A stretch of 64,000 nucleotides of DNA. Source: an uncultured Phycisphaerales bacterium. GTDB taxonomy: Bacteria; Planctomycetota; Phycisphaerae; Tepidisphaerales; Tepidisphaeraceae. The translations under genes were made by a program, and so were the position numbers. Shown in pieces: positions 54,330-64,000 of the stretch (its first letter is position 1; every line of letters starts with the position of its first letter). The DNA lies in assembly GCA_963755915.1 (NCBI GenBank), contig CAVWLP010000003.1, positions 1,408,001 through 1,472,000 of the forward strand, written 5' to 3'. The notes below the pieces were generated by a model that worked only from the letters and a program-made list of their open reading frames with translations, searched no databases and had not been told where the DNA came from.

Positions 54330-57300
54330 ATGCGCTACGAGCAGTTTCTCAATCCGCCTCTGGAATGCAGGGCGATTTCGTTTTGGGCTTTGAATGGAAA
54401 TCTCCAGGCGCGGGAGCTCGAGCGGCAACTGGATTATTTCAAGTCGATGGGGTTGGCGGGGGCCTGTCTGCACGCGCGCTCGGGACTCCAAACGCCGTAT
54501 CTTTCAAGGCGCTGGTTTAACTTAATGGGGTCATGCATCAACCACGCACGCCGGCGCGGGATGATCATTTGGCTTTACGACGAAGACCGGTATCCGTCGG
54601 GCTCGGCAGGGGGGATGGTCACGCGGCGAAAGGAGTTTCGCCAGAAGCGGCTTCGATTGGAATATCAATCAACGGCTGAGCGCGGAGATGATGATGCAGT
54701 GCTTGCTTGGTTTGCGATATCGGGGAAGCCCAATTGGCTCGATTCCTATCGGCGGATTCAGGATCCAGCGGAGAGACGGGCAGGTGAAAGGGCCGTAAGT
54801 TTCAGGGTCTGCGATTCACCGTTTAATCCGTGGTTCAATGGCTATACATATTTGGACACTATGTCGCCGTCGGCGACGAAGGCGTTCATCGAATCGACAT
54901 ACGAGCCTTATCGACGCGTCTTTGGGCGGGAATTCGGAAAGACGATCGAGGGGATATTTGCCGATGAGCCGGGCTACGGACCAACGCTGGGGAAATGGTG
55001 GGGGGACTTCATCGACGGATATAAGGAGGTCGAACAGCGGGAAATCCCCTGGACGGCGTCTCTTCCCGAACGGTTTCGAGAAAGATATGGGTATGACCTG
55101 CTCGACCGTTTGCCGGAGGTGTACTGGGACTTCCGCCGTGTTCCGGCGAGTTCGGCGCGATACCAATATCATTCCCTGATCGCATCGCTGCTGTGCAATT
55201 CTTTTTGCCGAACGATTGGCCGGTGGTGTTATCGCGCCGGCATCAAGTTCCTGGGGCATGTCTTGAGTGAAGAGACGCCGTCCAGCCAGACAAATGTAGT
55301 CGGCGCTGCGATGCCGATGTACGAGCATTTTGATATTCCCGGCGTGGACGTGCTCACGGCACACTGCCGGGATTACGATACCGTAATTCAGTGCGCTTCG
55401 GTGGCAAACCAAATGGGGCGCAAGTGGGTGCTTTCGGAAACTCTTGGCGCCACGGGCTGGAATTTCACGCTGGAGGGGCATAAATCTTTGACCGATTGGC
55501 AGATGGCGCTGGGGGTCAATCGGCGATGTCTGCACTTATCGTTCTACACAATGGCAGGCGCTGCGAAGCGCGATTACCCCGCGAGCATTTCGTTTCAATC
55601 GGCGTGGTCGCCGCACTACAAACAGGTGGAGGATTACTGTGCGCGAATTACCGCGGTGCTAAGCAAGGGCAAGCCCGTTCGGCCGGTCCTGGTGATCCAT
55701 CCCATCGAGAGTACGTGGCTTCGGTATCGGACGGGCTGGAGCGAAGCGACGGACATAAAGCGCTTGGACCAGAATCTTGCCAGCCTTCGTGATTGGCTGC
55801 TCGCGTTGGGGATTGGATTTGACTATGCGGACGAGGACCAGCTCGGGCGCTGGGGCCGGATCGTGAATGCGGGCGATGAGACAAAGCTGGCGGTGCGGCT
55901 GGCCCAATATAGGGTGGTGGTGGTCCCGCCGCTTTTGACGATTCGGTCTACGACGCTGCAAAAGCTGGAGCGATTTCGAGCCGGTGGTGGCCGCGTTATT
56001 TGGCTCGGTCGAACGCCGGACTTCGTTGACGCGATGGAAAGCGATGAGGCCCTCGACTTCGCGGAATGCTGTGAACGTGTCACGTTTCGCAAAGGGGATG
56101 TCGCCAAAGCGCTTTCTCCGGTGGCGGATGTGCGCCTCCATTTAGTGAACGGTGCGCCAACCGTTTTGCATCATCTTCGACGGCAAAACAACCGGTGTAC
56201 TCTTTTTATTTGCAATACCAGTGAAATGAAACCAATTAAAAAGTTCGACATCGAGGTTGCCGCGCGAGGCCACGTCGAGGATTGGAATCCCGCATCGGGG
56301 GAACGCTTCAAAGTGCCGACCGTTCAGGATGGCCGATTTCTGCGATTCAAGACAGAGCTGCCGCCAAGCGGCTCGAAAATGTTTGTCGTCAATCCGCGCC
56401 CGGCGCGGCAACTTGAGCAGCGTCCGCAGTGGCGCGAAGTCCGGTGCCAAACGCCGGGGAATTCTGGCTGGGATTATCGGCTCAGTGAGGGAAATCCGCT
56501 CGTGCTTGATTTTGTGAGCGTTCGCATCGGAGACGGGCGCTGGACGGAATCGATGGAGGTACTGAGGGCGGATCGATGGGTGCGCCAGAAACTTGGCTGG
56601 AAGCCGCGTAGCTATTTCGAAGTGCAACCTTGGAAGCAACGTTCGAGGCGAGGAAAGAGCTATCCCGTTCAGGTGAAGTCATCGTTTCGGATCGATGGCA
56701 GTCCGCCGAAGTCGTTGATTTTAGCGGCGGAATTGATTCGCGGGGAGCGTTCGCTGGCGTTCAACGGTACGGCACTGAATCCGGCATATACCACCAAGGG
56801 CTGGGTCGATTCATGCTTTCGGCAATTCAAGATAGATTCGGGTTTATTGCGAGATGGCCGCAACGAAGTTTTGCTGACGCTGGATTATGAAACGCGGTCG
56901 GGACTGGAAGCCGCGTACGTTTTGTCGGATGGCGGAGTAAAGATCGGCCGCCGCGAAGCGACGTTGTCAGACCGGCCGCAGACATTGAAGATTGGCGATG
57001 TGACGAGGCAGGGTCTGCCATTTTACGGCGCTTCGATTTCCTATGTTCGAAACGTTCAGTTGGCGCCGCGTGCCGGTGAACGGGTTTTCGTCAATCTTGC
57101 GCGCTGGGCGGGTTCGTGCGCGATCATTCATCTCGATGGCAAAGAGGTTGGAAAAATTCTATGGCGACCGTATGAGGTGGAATTACCGCAGGTGGCGGCG
57201 GGCACTCATGAGCTGACGATTGAGATCATATTGGGGAGGGGAAATACTTTTGGTCCACTGCATGTCCGCGAGATGCCGGTCTGGCACGGTCCGTTTGAGT

Positions 57301-57395
57301 GGGAGACCGAAGGGGCGCGTTGGCAAAACACATATAACCTGGCGCCGTCGGGCCTACTGGGTGCGCCTGAAATCTCATATCGGAAATCAAAATAG
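54330..57395 (+). CDS. Glycoside hydrolase, GH106 (alpha-L-rhamnosidase)-like, no signal peptide
   Basis: FWALNG.L, HARSGL, WLYDEDRYPSGSAGG, IFADEP, GHVLSEE, IPGVD, SETLG, KRDYP, PSGLLG. Confidence 0.8.
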   Translation: MRYEQFLNPPLECRAISFWALNGNLQARELERQLDYFKSMGLAGACLHARSGLQTPYLSRRWFNLMGSCINHARRRGMIIWLYDEDRYPSGSAGGMVTRRKEFRQKRLRLEYQSTAERGDDDAVLAWFAISGKPNWLDSYRRIQDPAERRAGERAVSFRVCDSPFNPWFNGYTYLDTMSPSATKAFIESTYEPYRRVFGREFGKTIEGIFADEPGYGPTLGKWWGDFIDGYKEVEQREIPWTASLPERFRERYGYDLLDRLPEVYWDFRRVPASSARYQYHSLIASLLCNSFCRTIGRWCYRAGIKFLGHVLSEETPSSQTNVVGAAMPMYEHFDIPGVDVLTAHCRDYDTVIQCASVANQMGRKWVLSETLGATGWNFTLEGHKSLTDWQMALGVNRRCLHLSFYTMAGAAKRDYPASISFQSAWSPHYKQVEDYCARITAVLSKGKPVRPVLVIHPIESTWLRYRTGWSEATDIKRLDQNLASLRDWLLALGIGFDYADEDQLGRWGRIVNAGDETKLAVRLAQYRVVVVPPLLTIRSTTLQKLERFRAGGGRVIWLGRTPDFVDAMESDEALDFAECCERVTFRKGDVAKALSPVADVRLHLVNGAPTVLHHLRRQNNRCTLFICNTSEMKPIKKFDIEVAARGHVEDWNPASGERFKVPTVQDGRFLRFKTELPPSGSKMFVVNPRPARQLEQRPQWREVRCQTPGNSGWDYRLSEGNPLVLDFVSVRIGDGRWTESMEVLRADRWVRQKLGWKPRSYFEVQPWKQRSRRGKSYPVQVKSSFRIDGSPPKSLILAAELIRGERSLAFNGTALNPAYTTKGWVDSCFRQFKIDSGLLRDGRNEVLLTLDYETRSGLEAAYVLSDGGVKIGRREATLSDRPQTLKIGDVTRQGLPFYGASISYVRNVQLAPRAGERVFVNLARWAGSCAIIHLDGKEVGKILWRPYEVELPQVAAGTHELTIEIILGRGNTFGPLHVREMPVWHGPFEWETEGARWQNTYNLAPSGLLGAPEISYRKSK

Positions 57396-57675
57396 ACACA
57401 AATTGAAGTAAGGATGCCGGGAGTGCGCTGGGCGGAGCTGGTGCGGGCTGAGTTTATTCTTGCAGCACATGCACTGAGTGGTTAATATTGGTACACACTG
57501 GGCAAAAGCGGTATTTTCGGACGCGGGGCTTGACGCCGGCGAGGCCAAGCACAGCGGAAAAACATACGCCGATAAGGGACGAAATCCCGCCGCTGCAGGT
57601 TTTGGACAAATCGCCGATCATCGGTAGTGGTTCAAACTGGCGCAGATTCGCTAAGTTTGTTGCAGGAGCCGGACG

Positions 57676-60462
57676 ATGCAGCTTCGATGCAATGGGTCGG
57701 TGGCGCAGGTTTTGTTTTGGGCTGGTGCGATTTCCATCGCAGCGTTGGGGGCCGCCGGCGATGCCGTGGCCGGCCCGTTGCAAGACGTGAAAAACCGTGC
57801 GGTATTGAAAAATGACAGTATCGAGGCAGTGATTCAATCGGGAATGCTGGTTGAATTGAAGCAGCTGCCCGGCGATGAACGCTTGCTGTCAAACGATCCG
57901 GCGGTTGCTTTCGGACGTCTGCCCGTTTTCGGCCCCCACGGCGCGGTGGGCATGGATCAATCACAGGTTGTTCAAACTGCCAGCAGCTCCTCGGTTGACA
58001 CTCAAATTGTCGGGGCGGATGGAACCAAGATTGCAATTGAATGGAGTATCGAACCGGGAAATGGTGATCTGGTGCTGCATGTTTCGGGCACCAGTTCCAA
58101 ACCCGTCAACGAAATCCGCTATTTATTTCCTGGCTGCGACGTCAGCCGGCATACCGCGGTGTGGGTCGACGTTTACGGTGTCGCCCGCACCTTTCATGCG
58201 CCGTGTAAGGACGCGGAGATAGGAGATCCGGCAAGGGACGAAGCGCCGCAAACGTATATTCATCCACTTATCACGCTTTTCGAGGGAGAGGAAGGCGGCT
58301 GGTTTATCGAAGGCCGCGAACCCAATATTGGACCGGCAACTCTTATGCTCCAGGGGACGGGGCAAAACATTAGCCTTGGAATGGTCCGCTCATTTCCCAT
58401 TGCAACCAGCACGCCTCAGCTCTTTGAAGTTCGCATTCGCGCCTATCGGGGTCAATGGCAAGACGCGGTCGATCCGTACGTGGCATGGATGGAAAAGGGG
58501 GGCGGATTTATCCCGCTTGAAAAGCACTCGCCGTCATGGGTGAAAGACATCAAAAATCAGGCATACATCCGTATCGGGGATTTTGACGGGTTGGAAACGC
58601 TGGCCAAGCGGGTCGATCCGGCGCGGACTTTCCTAGGCCGCATGGTGGGGGCGTGGATTCATCCGATGGATGTTGGGTATCCCGATTATCGGCTGACCGA
58701 TGATGCGGCGCGATGGATTAAGCGCGCTCGGGAGCTCGGTTTCCACGTCGGCGTTCATTTCAATACGTTCGGCATCAGCAAAGATTTTCCCGAGTTGATT
58801 CAACGGTTTCGAGGCGGTCTTGAGGTGACTGGCAAAGATGCGAATGGAAACGACACCTATTTCGGAATCGAGGGAGCCCACCGGCATGTCTACTGCTCGC
58901 CCGCATATCGCCCGTTCCGGGAATACCTGATCGCCCAGATGAAACAGGCTGTCGATGCGGGTGTGGATGTCATATACCTTGATGAATCGATGGCGCCGTG
59001 CGGTAAATTTCTGGTGGATGGTGAGACCGCTATCCAGGGCGTGATGACGCTGGAAAAGGAAATCAAGGCGACCTATCCGCAGGTGGCAATAGAAACCGAA
59101 CAGTTCAATCCGATGGAATCTCACAATGCCGACTTCGCGCTGAGCCAGATGCCGCTCGGACATCCGCTCAGCGGTTACATTTTTCATCGATTTGTGAATG
59201 TTGTCGCTGAGGGAGTCATGGGGGAGCCGGTGGACGATGCGATGATGGATGCGGAAGAGTCCTGGGGCTATATGCTTCCGAATGCTGCGAAGGAAGAATC
59301 CTGGCTTGAGATCGCCAAGGCGTTTGAAGATTACGATCTTGTGCCCGATTCACGAATGCCGCGAAAAGAATTCCTGCAATATAGAGATCATTATTCCCAC
59401 GGTTTGCTGCCGGTGGACGATTCGACGCGCTCGAGTGAAGAAGATCTGTTTAACTTTCGCGGAAAGGACGGGGTTGTCGCCTATTACGCGAAGCAAGCCA
59501 AAAAAAGGGGCTTTGTGATCTGTAAGCCCGGTGAACAGCCGCAATGGATCGCGACGCGAATAAGCGGGATGATGAAGTGGCCGGGCCCCGGCGTTTTGCG
59601 CGATTGGGTGCCGGAAGTCGGTATGTATTCGGATTGGCTGATTTATGACGGCAACACAATGCTGGCGCTGGATCCAGGCAACACGTATTTTTGGGATGCC
59701 GCGGGCAAGTTGGATCCGAATCGTTTTCATCTGACCAGCGTGCCGTCGGATTTCGCGCCGCACATGGATATGATTCGGCGTATTCGCGACCAGGATGTGG
59801 GCCGAGATGGCAATTGGTTTAAGATCAATTTCACGGGTCATGGAGAAATAGTCGCCTATGTGCCGGACAAATGCCGGGCCTTCCTTGATGGCCAGGAACT
59901 GAAGCCGGATCCACAATCAAGGCTGGCGCGGGTTCAGGCGGCAGCGGACGTGGACAAGCCGTCGTCGTTCGTTGCGTTTTACAGATCGGCGACGCCGCTT
60001 GAGGGGAAGTGGGTGGATCTTCCCTGGGAAACTCCACCCAACCAGCGGTCATGGTATGTGGCTCGCCATGTTTTGGATGACTATTCCGCGGATGGACCGG
60101 TACGGATGATCAGGGACGGCGACGGCTTTTTCAATCATGTCGGCGGAAGCGGGATTATCGTCGGCCGGTTTCCGCAAGCCGAGCATATTCACCTCGAAGG
60201 CGCGTATTGCATGCGAGACGATTCGCAAAGCACGGTCGGTGATGGGGTGATTCGAGTCAACGGCCAGGAGGTTTTGCATATTCATCCGGGTGATCGGCCT
60301 TATCGGATACATGAGTTCGACGTTGATGTTTCGTCGTTCGCGGGCCAGAACGTGCTCCTTGAATTTGGGTCAGAGGGTGAAGTGCACGGCCCCACGATGG
60401 CGGACTGGTTTCATCCGCAGATCATTGTCGATCCACCGAGCGCTTCAGCCGAAGCGAAGTAG
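57676..60462 (+). CDS. Large secreted hypothetical protein, probable TIM-barrel glycoside hydrolase-like
   Basis: Signal peptide, DVGYPDY, ARELGFHVGVHFN, GVDVIYLDES, IETE. Confidence 0.6.
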   Translation: MQLRCNGSVAQVLFWAGAISIAALGAAGDAVAGPLQDVKNRAVLKNDSIEAVIQSGMLVELKQLPGDERLLSNDPAVAFGRLPVFGPHGAVGMDQSQVVQTASSSSVDTQIVGADGTKIAIEWSIEPGNGDLVLHVSGTSSKPVNEIRYLFPGCDVSRHTAVWVDVYGVARTFHAPCKDAEIGDPARDEAPQTYIHPLITLFEGEEGGWFIEGREPNIGPATLMLQGTGQNISLGMVRSFPIATSTPQLFEVRIRAYRGQWQDAVDPYVAWMEKGGGFIPLEKHSPSWVKDIKNQAYIRIGDFDGLETLAKRVDPARTFLGRMVGAWIHPMDVGYPDYRLTDDAARWIKRARELGFHVGVHFNTFGISKDFPELIQRFRGGLEVTGKDANGNDTYFGIEGAHRHVYCSPAYRPFREYLIAQMKQAVDAGVDVIYLDESMAPCGKFLVDGETAIQGVMTLEKEIKATYPQVAIETEQFNPMESHNADFALSQMPLGHPLSGYIFHRFVNVVAEGVMGEPVDDAMMDAEESWGYMLPNAAKEESWLEIAKAFEDYDLVPDSRMPRKEFLQYRDHYSHGLLPVDDSTRSSEEDLFNFRGKDGVVAYYAKQAKKRGFVICKPGEQPQWIATRISGMMKWPGPGVLRDWVPEVGMYSDWLIYDGNTMLALDPGNTYFWDAAGKLDPNRFHLTSVPSDFAPHMDMIRRIRDQDVGRDGNWFKINFTGHGEIVAYVPDKCRAFLDGQELKPDPQSRLARVQAAADVDKPSSFVAFYRSATPLEGKWVDLPWETPPNQRSWYVARHVLDDYSADGPVRMIRDGDGFFNHVGGSGIIVGRFPQAEHIHLEGAYCMRDDSQSTVGDGVIRVNGQEVLHIHPGDRPYRIHEFDVDVSSFAGQNVLLEFGSEGEVHGPTMADWFHPQIIVDPPSASAEAK

Positions 60463-60542
60463 CGATGAATTTGCAAACGGTTGCCGCCGAGAGCCGCGGG
60501 AGGGATGAGTACGATCTTAGTCGAGTTAGAGAGAATGGACTT

Positions 60543-61683
60543 ATGGTTTCCGGTGAACAGTTGGCCGCGTGGCTGAAGAAGTTGATTCAAATTCCCAGCG
60601 TGTCTCCGGATCAGGCGGGACCCCGCGCGGGGAGGCCGGCGAGCGCCGTATCGCCGCCAGAATCGCAGAATGGTTCGCGCAGTTCGGCGCCGAAGTTTTG
60701 CAGGAGGACGTGTGGCCCGGCCGCCCGAATGTCTATGGAATCTGGCGAGGCGATCAATCGCGCTGGTTGGCAATCGATGTTCACACCGACACTGTTGGCG
60801 TTGAGATGATGCCTGGAGATCCGTTCGACGGACGTATTGAGGATGGAAAAGTTTTCGGGCGCGGCGCAGCCGATACCAAAGCCTCGCTGGCGGTGGCTCT
60901 CGCTCTTTTGAGCGACATTACGAGCAAGAACGGGCGCGTTTCATGTAACCTGCTGATAGCGGCAACCGCGGACGAGGAAGTGACCGCGCGCGGAGCACCG
61001 ACCTTCGCGAAATGGCTTCGAGACAGGGAAATGGTGATTGATGAGTTGATGGTGGCGGAACCCACCATGTCGCGCCTGTTCACGGCCACAAAGGTGTGCT
61101 TCGGCTGACGTTTGTAATACAGGGTAAGAGCGCGCACTCATCGCAGGCACATCTGGGGCGCAATGCGGCGATGGCGGGGGTAAAGCTGGCTCTTGCGATG
61201 GAGGCGGAAAATGGCCGTATTCAGAAATCGACGTGCGAGTCGGCGCTGGGGCCGCCGGTGTTAACGGTAACAGGCATCAGCGGCGGGCTGGGCGAGAATA
61301 TCGTGCCCGATCGATGTGAGGTCACGATTGATAGAAGGATCGTCAACGGTGAGAAAGCATCCTCGGTGCGGGAAGGGCTGCAGGCTCTAGCCTCGCAGAC
61401 AATTTCATTGCCGTTCCGAATGGAGATTCGACACGAAATCGACGCGTTTTACCAACCAGCGAATGCTCCGTTCGTCACTAAGGCGGCGGTCTGGAGCGGA
61501 AAAGCGGCCACAATGATGCCATTTTGCACGAATGCATGGGCCTATGCGGATGTCGCGCGCGAATGCGTGGTGCTCGGCCCCGGATCGATTGATCAGGCCC
61601 ATACTGATACGGAATGGATTGCGATTTCGGAACTGGAGCGCCTCGCCAAACTCTATTCGTCCTGGTGGGGAATTGCGACATGA
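60543..61683 (+). CDS. M20 metallo-hydrolase (ArgE/DapE-like; frameshifts near 60628 and 61073)
   Basis: LIQIPSVSP, VHTDTV, GRGAADTK, DEE, VAEPT, GKSAHSS, GPGSIDQAHT..EWI. Confidence 0.88.
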
Positions 61684-62670
61684 GCAGCTTCGAGCCAGTC
61701 CGAGTTGTCGTTGTCGGGGTCGGGAAGTTTGGACAGCTCCATGCGCGCACGCTGGAGGGGCTGGCCGAAGCGGAATTGGCGGGGGTGGTTGAAACGAGTC
61801 CGCGGGCCATTGAATCGTTGAGGGGCGATTTTGCGAAACTGCGATCGTGGCGAAATATCGAAGAGGCTCTTGAAGAGTCTAATGCCGAAGCGTTTGTCGT
61901 CGCGACGCAGACCGATTCGCATATGGATCTGGCAGAAAAGATTCTCAGCAAAGGACGAACGGTTCTCGTAGAGAAGCCGCTGGCGGAAGATTGTGCGAGC
62001 GCAGTGCCTGGCGGCCCATGTCAACCGGGAGTCGTCGAATTTCATGGCGGGCCATATTCTGCTCTTTGCTCCGGAGGTGCGGAGATTGGTCTCGGAGATC
62101 CGCGAGAGAGACGATCTGAGGTTCATTAGCGCGGCGCGGCATCGTCCGGCAGGAATCGGCGAACTTTATCCAGGAGAAACTCCATTCACGCTCACGATGG
62201 TTCACGATTTATACCTGGCTTGTGCATTTCTGGGCGGAAGGGAACCGACCGATTGTTTCGGGCAGCTCAGCCGAAACGCAAAGGGTGAATCGGATCTGGC
62301 TTTGGCGGAATTGCGATGGGCCGATGGAATATGGGGCAGCTTTGCCGCGTCATTTCTGACGCCGAAGGGAATGGGAGACGACGGGTACGACCGTCTGGAG
62401 GTTTTCGGGGATCGTTGGGCGGCGCGTTTGCGCTTGAATCCTCAGCCAATGGAAATCTGGACAGAAAAGCAGCACTGGCCAATCGGCTTGGACATTCATG
62501 ACGATCCAATCGCGCCCAGCGGATGGCTGGCAGAAGAGTTGCGGCATTTGTGCCGAGTCGTTCGCGGGTTCGCGAAAGTGCCTGTGGGCGCCCGCTATTG
62601 CGACGCCGTGCAGGTCCAGAGATGGATTGACGCGCTTCAGCAATGCGCGATGAAGGGGTTGAAATGCTAG
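61680..62670 (+). CDS. Gfo/Idh/MocA oxidoreductase (frameshift near 62000)
   Basis: VVGVGKFGQLH, VLVEKPLA, MVHDL. Confidence 0.85.
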
Positions 62671-63795
62671 ACGCCAAAACCCGGCAAGATCAATTCCCAA
62701 TGCTGTCGCGGATGGCGTATCTGAATACCGCGGCAGAAGGGATTCCACCGCCTTCGGTCCACGAAGCGCTGGAGCGATATTGGTGCGACAAACTGAAAGG
62801 AATGGCCGGTCGTCAGGGGCATTTTGCTGCGCTGGAATCCGCCAAGGGACAGGTTGCGGCAATTTACGGTCTGTCGCCGGGCGAAGTGAGCTTCTGTTCG
62901 TGCTCGTCGGAGGCTTACAACTTGCTTGCGCTGGCGTTGCAGCTGCGCGAAGGCCAGGAAGTAATCATCAACGATCTGGATTTTCCGGCTGGGGCGACGC
63001 CCTGGCTTCAACCGACATCCGCCGCGACGGTGAAAGTTTGGCGTTCGGTCGGCGGCGCATTGCACGTGGAAGATCTACTGAAGCTCATCAATCCCCGCAC
63101 CCGGCTTGTGGCGACGTCGTTGGTAAGTTTCTTCAACGGCTTCAAGATCGATCTTGCTGCGGTGGTAGCCGCGGTTCGCAAAAAATCAGACGCCATCCTG
63201 GCTCTGGATGTAACGCAGGCGCTCGGCCGGATTCCGATCGACTTCAAGGGTGTGGATGTGATCATAAGCAGTACACACAAATGGATACTGGCAACGCACG
63301 GCGGGTGCCTGGTCGGTGTGCCGAAGTTGGCTGAAGAGCGAATACATGTTCGAGCCGGGGGATGGTTCAACCAGGAAGACGCTTTCACCGCGGAGCGATT
63401 CAATCGCGCCGAGACGAAGCGCGGCGCGTCGGGATTCAGCGTAGGGATGCCGAATTTCCCGGCTGTCTATGCGATCGACGCGGCACTGAAATATATTCAG
63501 TCGATCGGCGTCGAAAACATTGCTCGCGCAGCGGATCCGCTGGTGCGGCAATGTCTTGCGGAGCTGCAGAAATTGCCGCTGGAATTCCTGACTTCGAATG
63601 AGCCTGCGAATCTGGCGGGGATCATTTCGTTTCGGCATCCAAAGATGGAGCAGCTCAACGCGAAACTGCTGGAACGCGACATTCATGTGATGTCGCAAGC
63701 GGGGCGCATTGCGCATTTCTTTGCACGGATATAACACACCGAACGACGTTGAGCGCCTCATCGAACGCCTTTGGGATGGGTTGAAAAATGTCTGA
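62664..63795 (+). CDS. Class V PLP-dependent enzyme (frameshift near 63708)
   Basis: YLNTAAEG, LDVTQALG, STHKW (PLP Lys), RISLHGYN in the corrected frame. Confidence 0.88.
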
Positions 63796-64000
63796 CCGAG
63801 CCGACGCTCACGCTCATTTGTTTTACCCCGGCTATGTCGCCGAACTGCCGGAGACTTGCCGGCGCTCACAGCCGTCGGAATTAAACCTCTACGAAGCTTT
63901 GGGGGAGAAATATGCGGTCCGCGGGCTGCTGGCGATCGGATATGAGGGATTGCCATTTGCGGCGGGAAACAACCAATATATTTGCGAGCTCGCTCGCAGC
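63788..64000 (+). CDS. Amidohydrolase-family protein (3' truncated by window edge)
   Basis: Manual translation MSDRADAHAHLF...GYEGLPFAAGNNQYI; N-terminal D-x-H-x-H; start overlaps the previous stop. Confidence 0.6.
   Translation, partial: MSDRADAHAHLFYPGYVAELPETCRRSQPSELNLYEALGEKYAVRGLLAIGYEGLPFAAGNNQYICELARS

Larger units (their letters stand above)
37350..64000. mobile_element. Probable tRNA-Ser-anchored genomic island (far end not in window)
   Basis: Integrase directly 3' of the tRNA, recombinase remnant, visibly more A/T-ending codons, accessory catabolic cargo. No att duplicate seen, so the extent is uncertain. Confidence 0.6.

Overview
GC-rich bacterial chromosome segment, most likely Planctomycetota (Phycisphaerae/Tepidisphaera-like). 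This is inferred from the PEP-CTERM proteins, one with dockerin-like repeats, and a membrane-anchored ECF sigma factor. Positions 1-37.2 kb look like core genome: alr, MarR-CLC, a SahR-like regulator to ahcY operon, GH38, ECF sigma, a GH51-like protein, a stress cluster, a SWIM-SNF2 helicase, purB, a sigma-54 activator, aroA and NiCoT. At tRNA-Ser(GGA) (37261) a probable genomic island begins. It carries a tyrosine integrase, a truncated serine recombinase fused to a PfkB fragment, and carbohydrate-catabolic genes running off the window end. About 28 apparent frameshifts hit even essential genes and are best explained as long-read errors. Main observations: (1) about 26 of these indels sit at or beside GCGC, suggesting a host DNA modification; (2) the membrane-anchored GH51 homolog has substituted catalytic motifs; (3) a TACC-N16-TACCAAT motif recurs upstream of three island transcription units; (4) a 51-bp tandem array has a core that recurs inverted across a GT-C gene; (5) an HAD-variant deaminase lies inside the SAH operon; (6) G/C strand skew flips in blocks. 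All calls come from reading motifs by eye; no searches were run.
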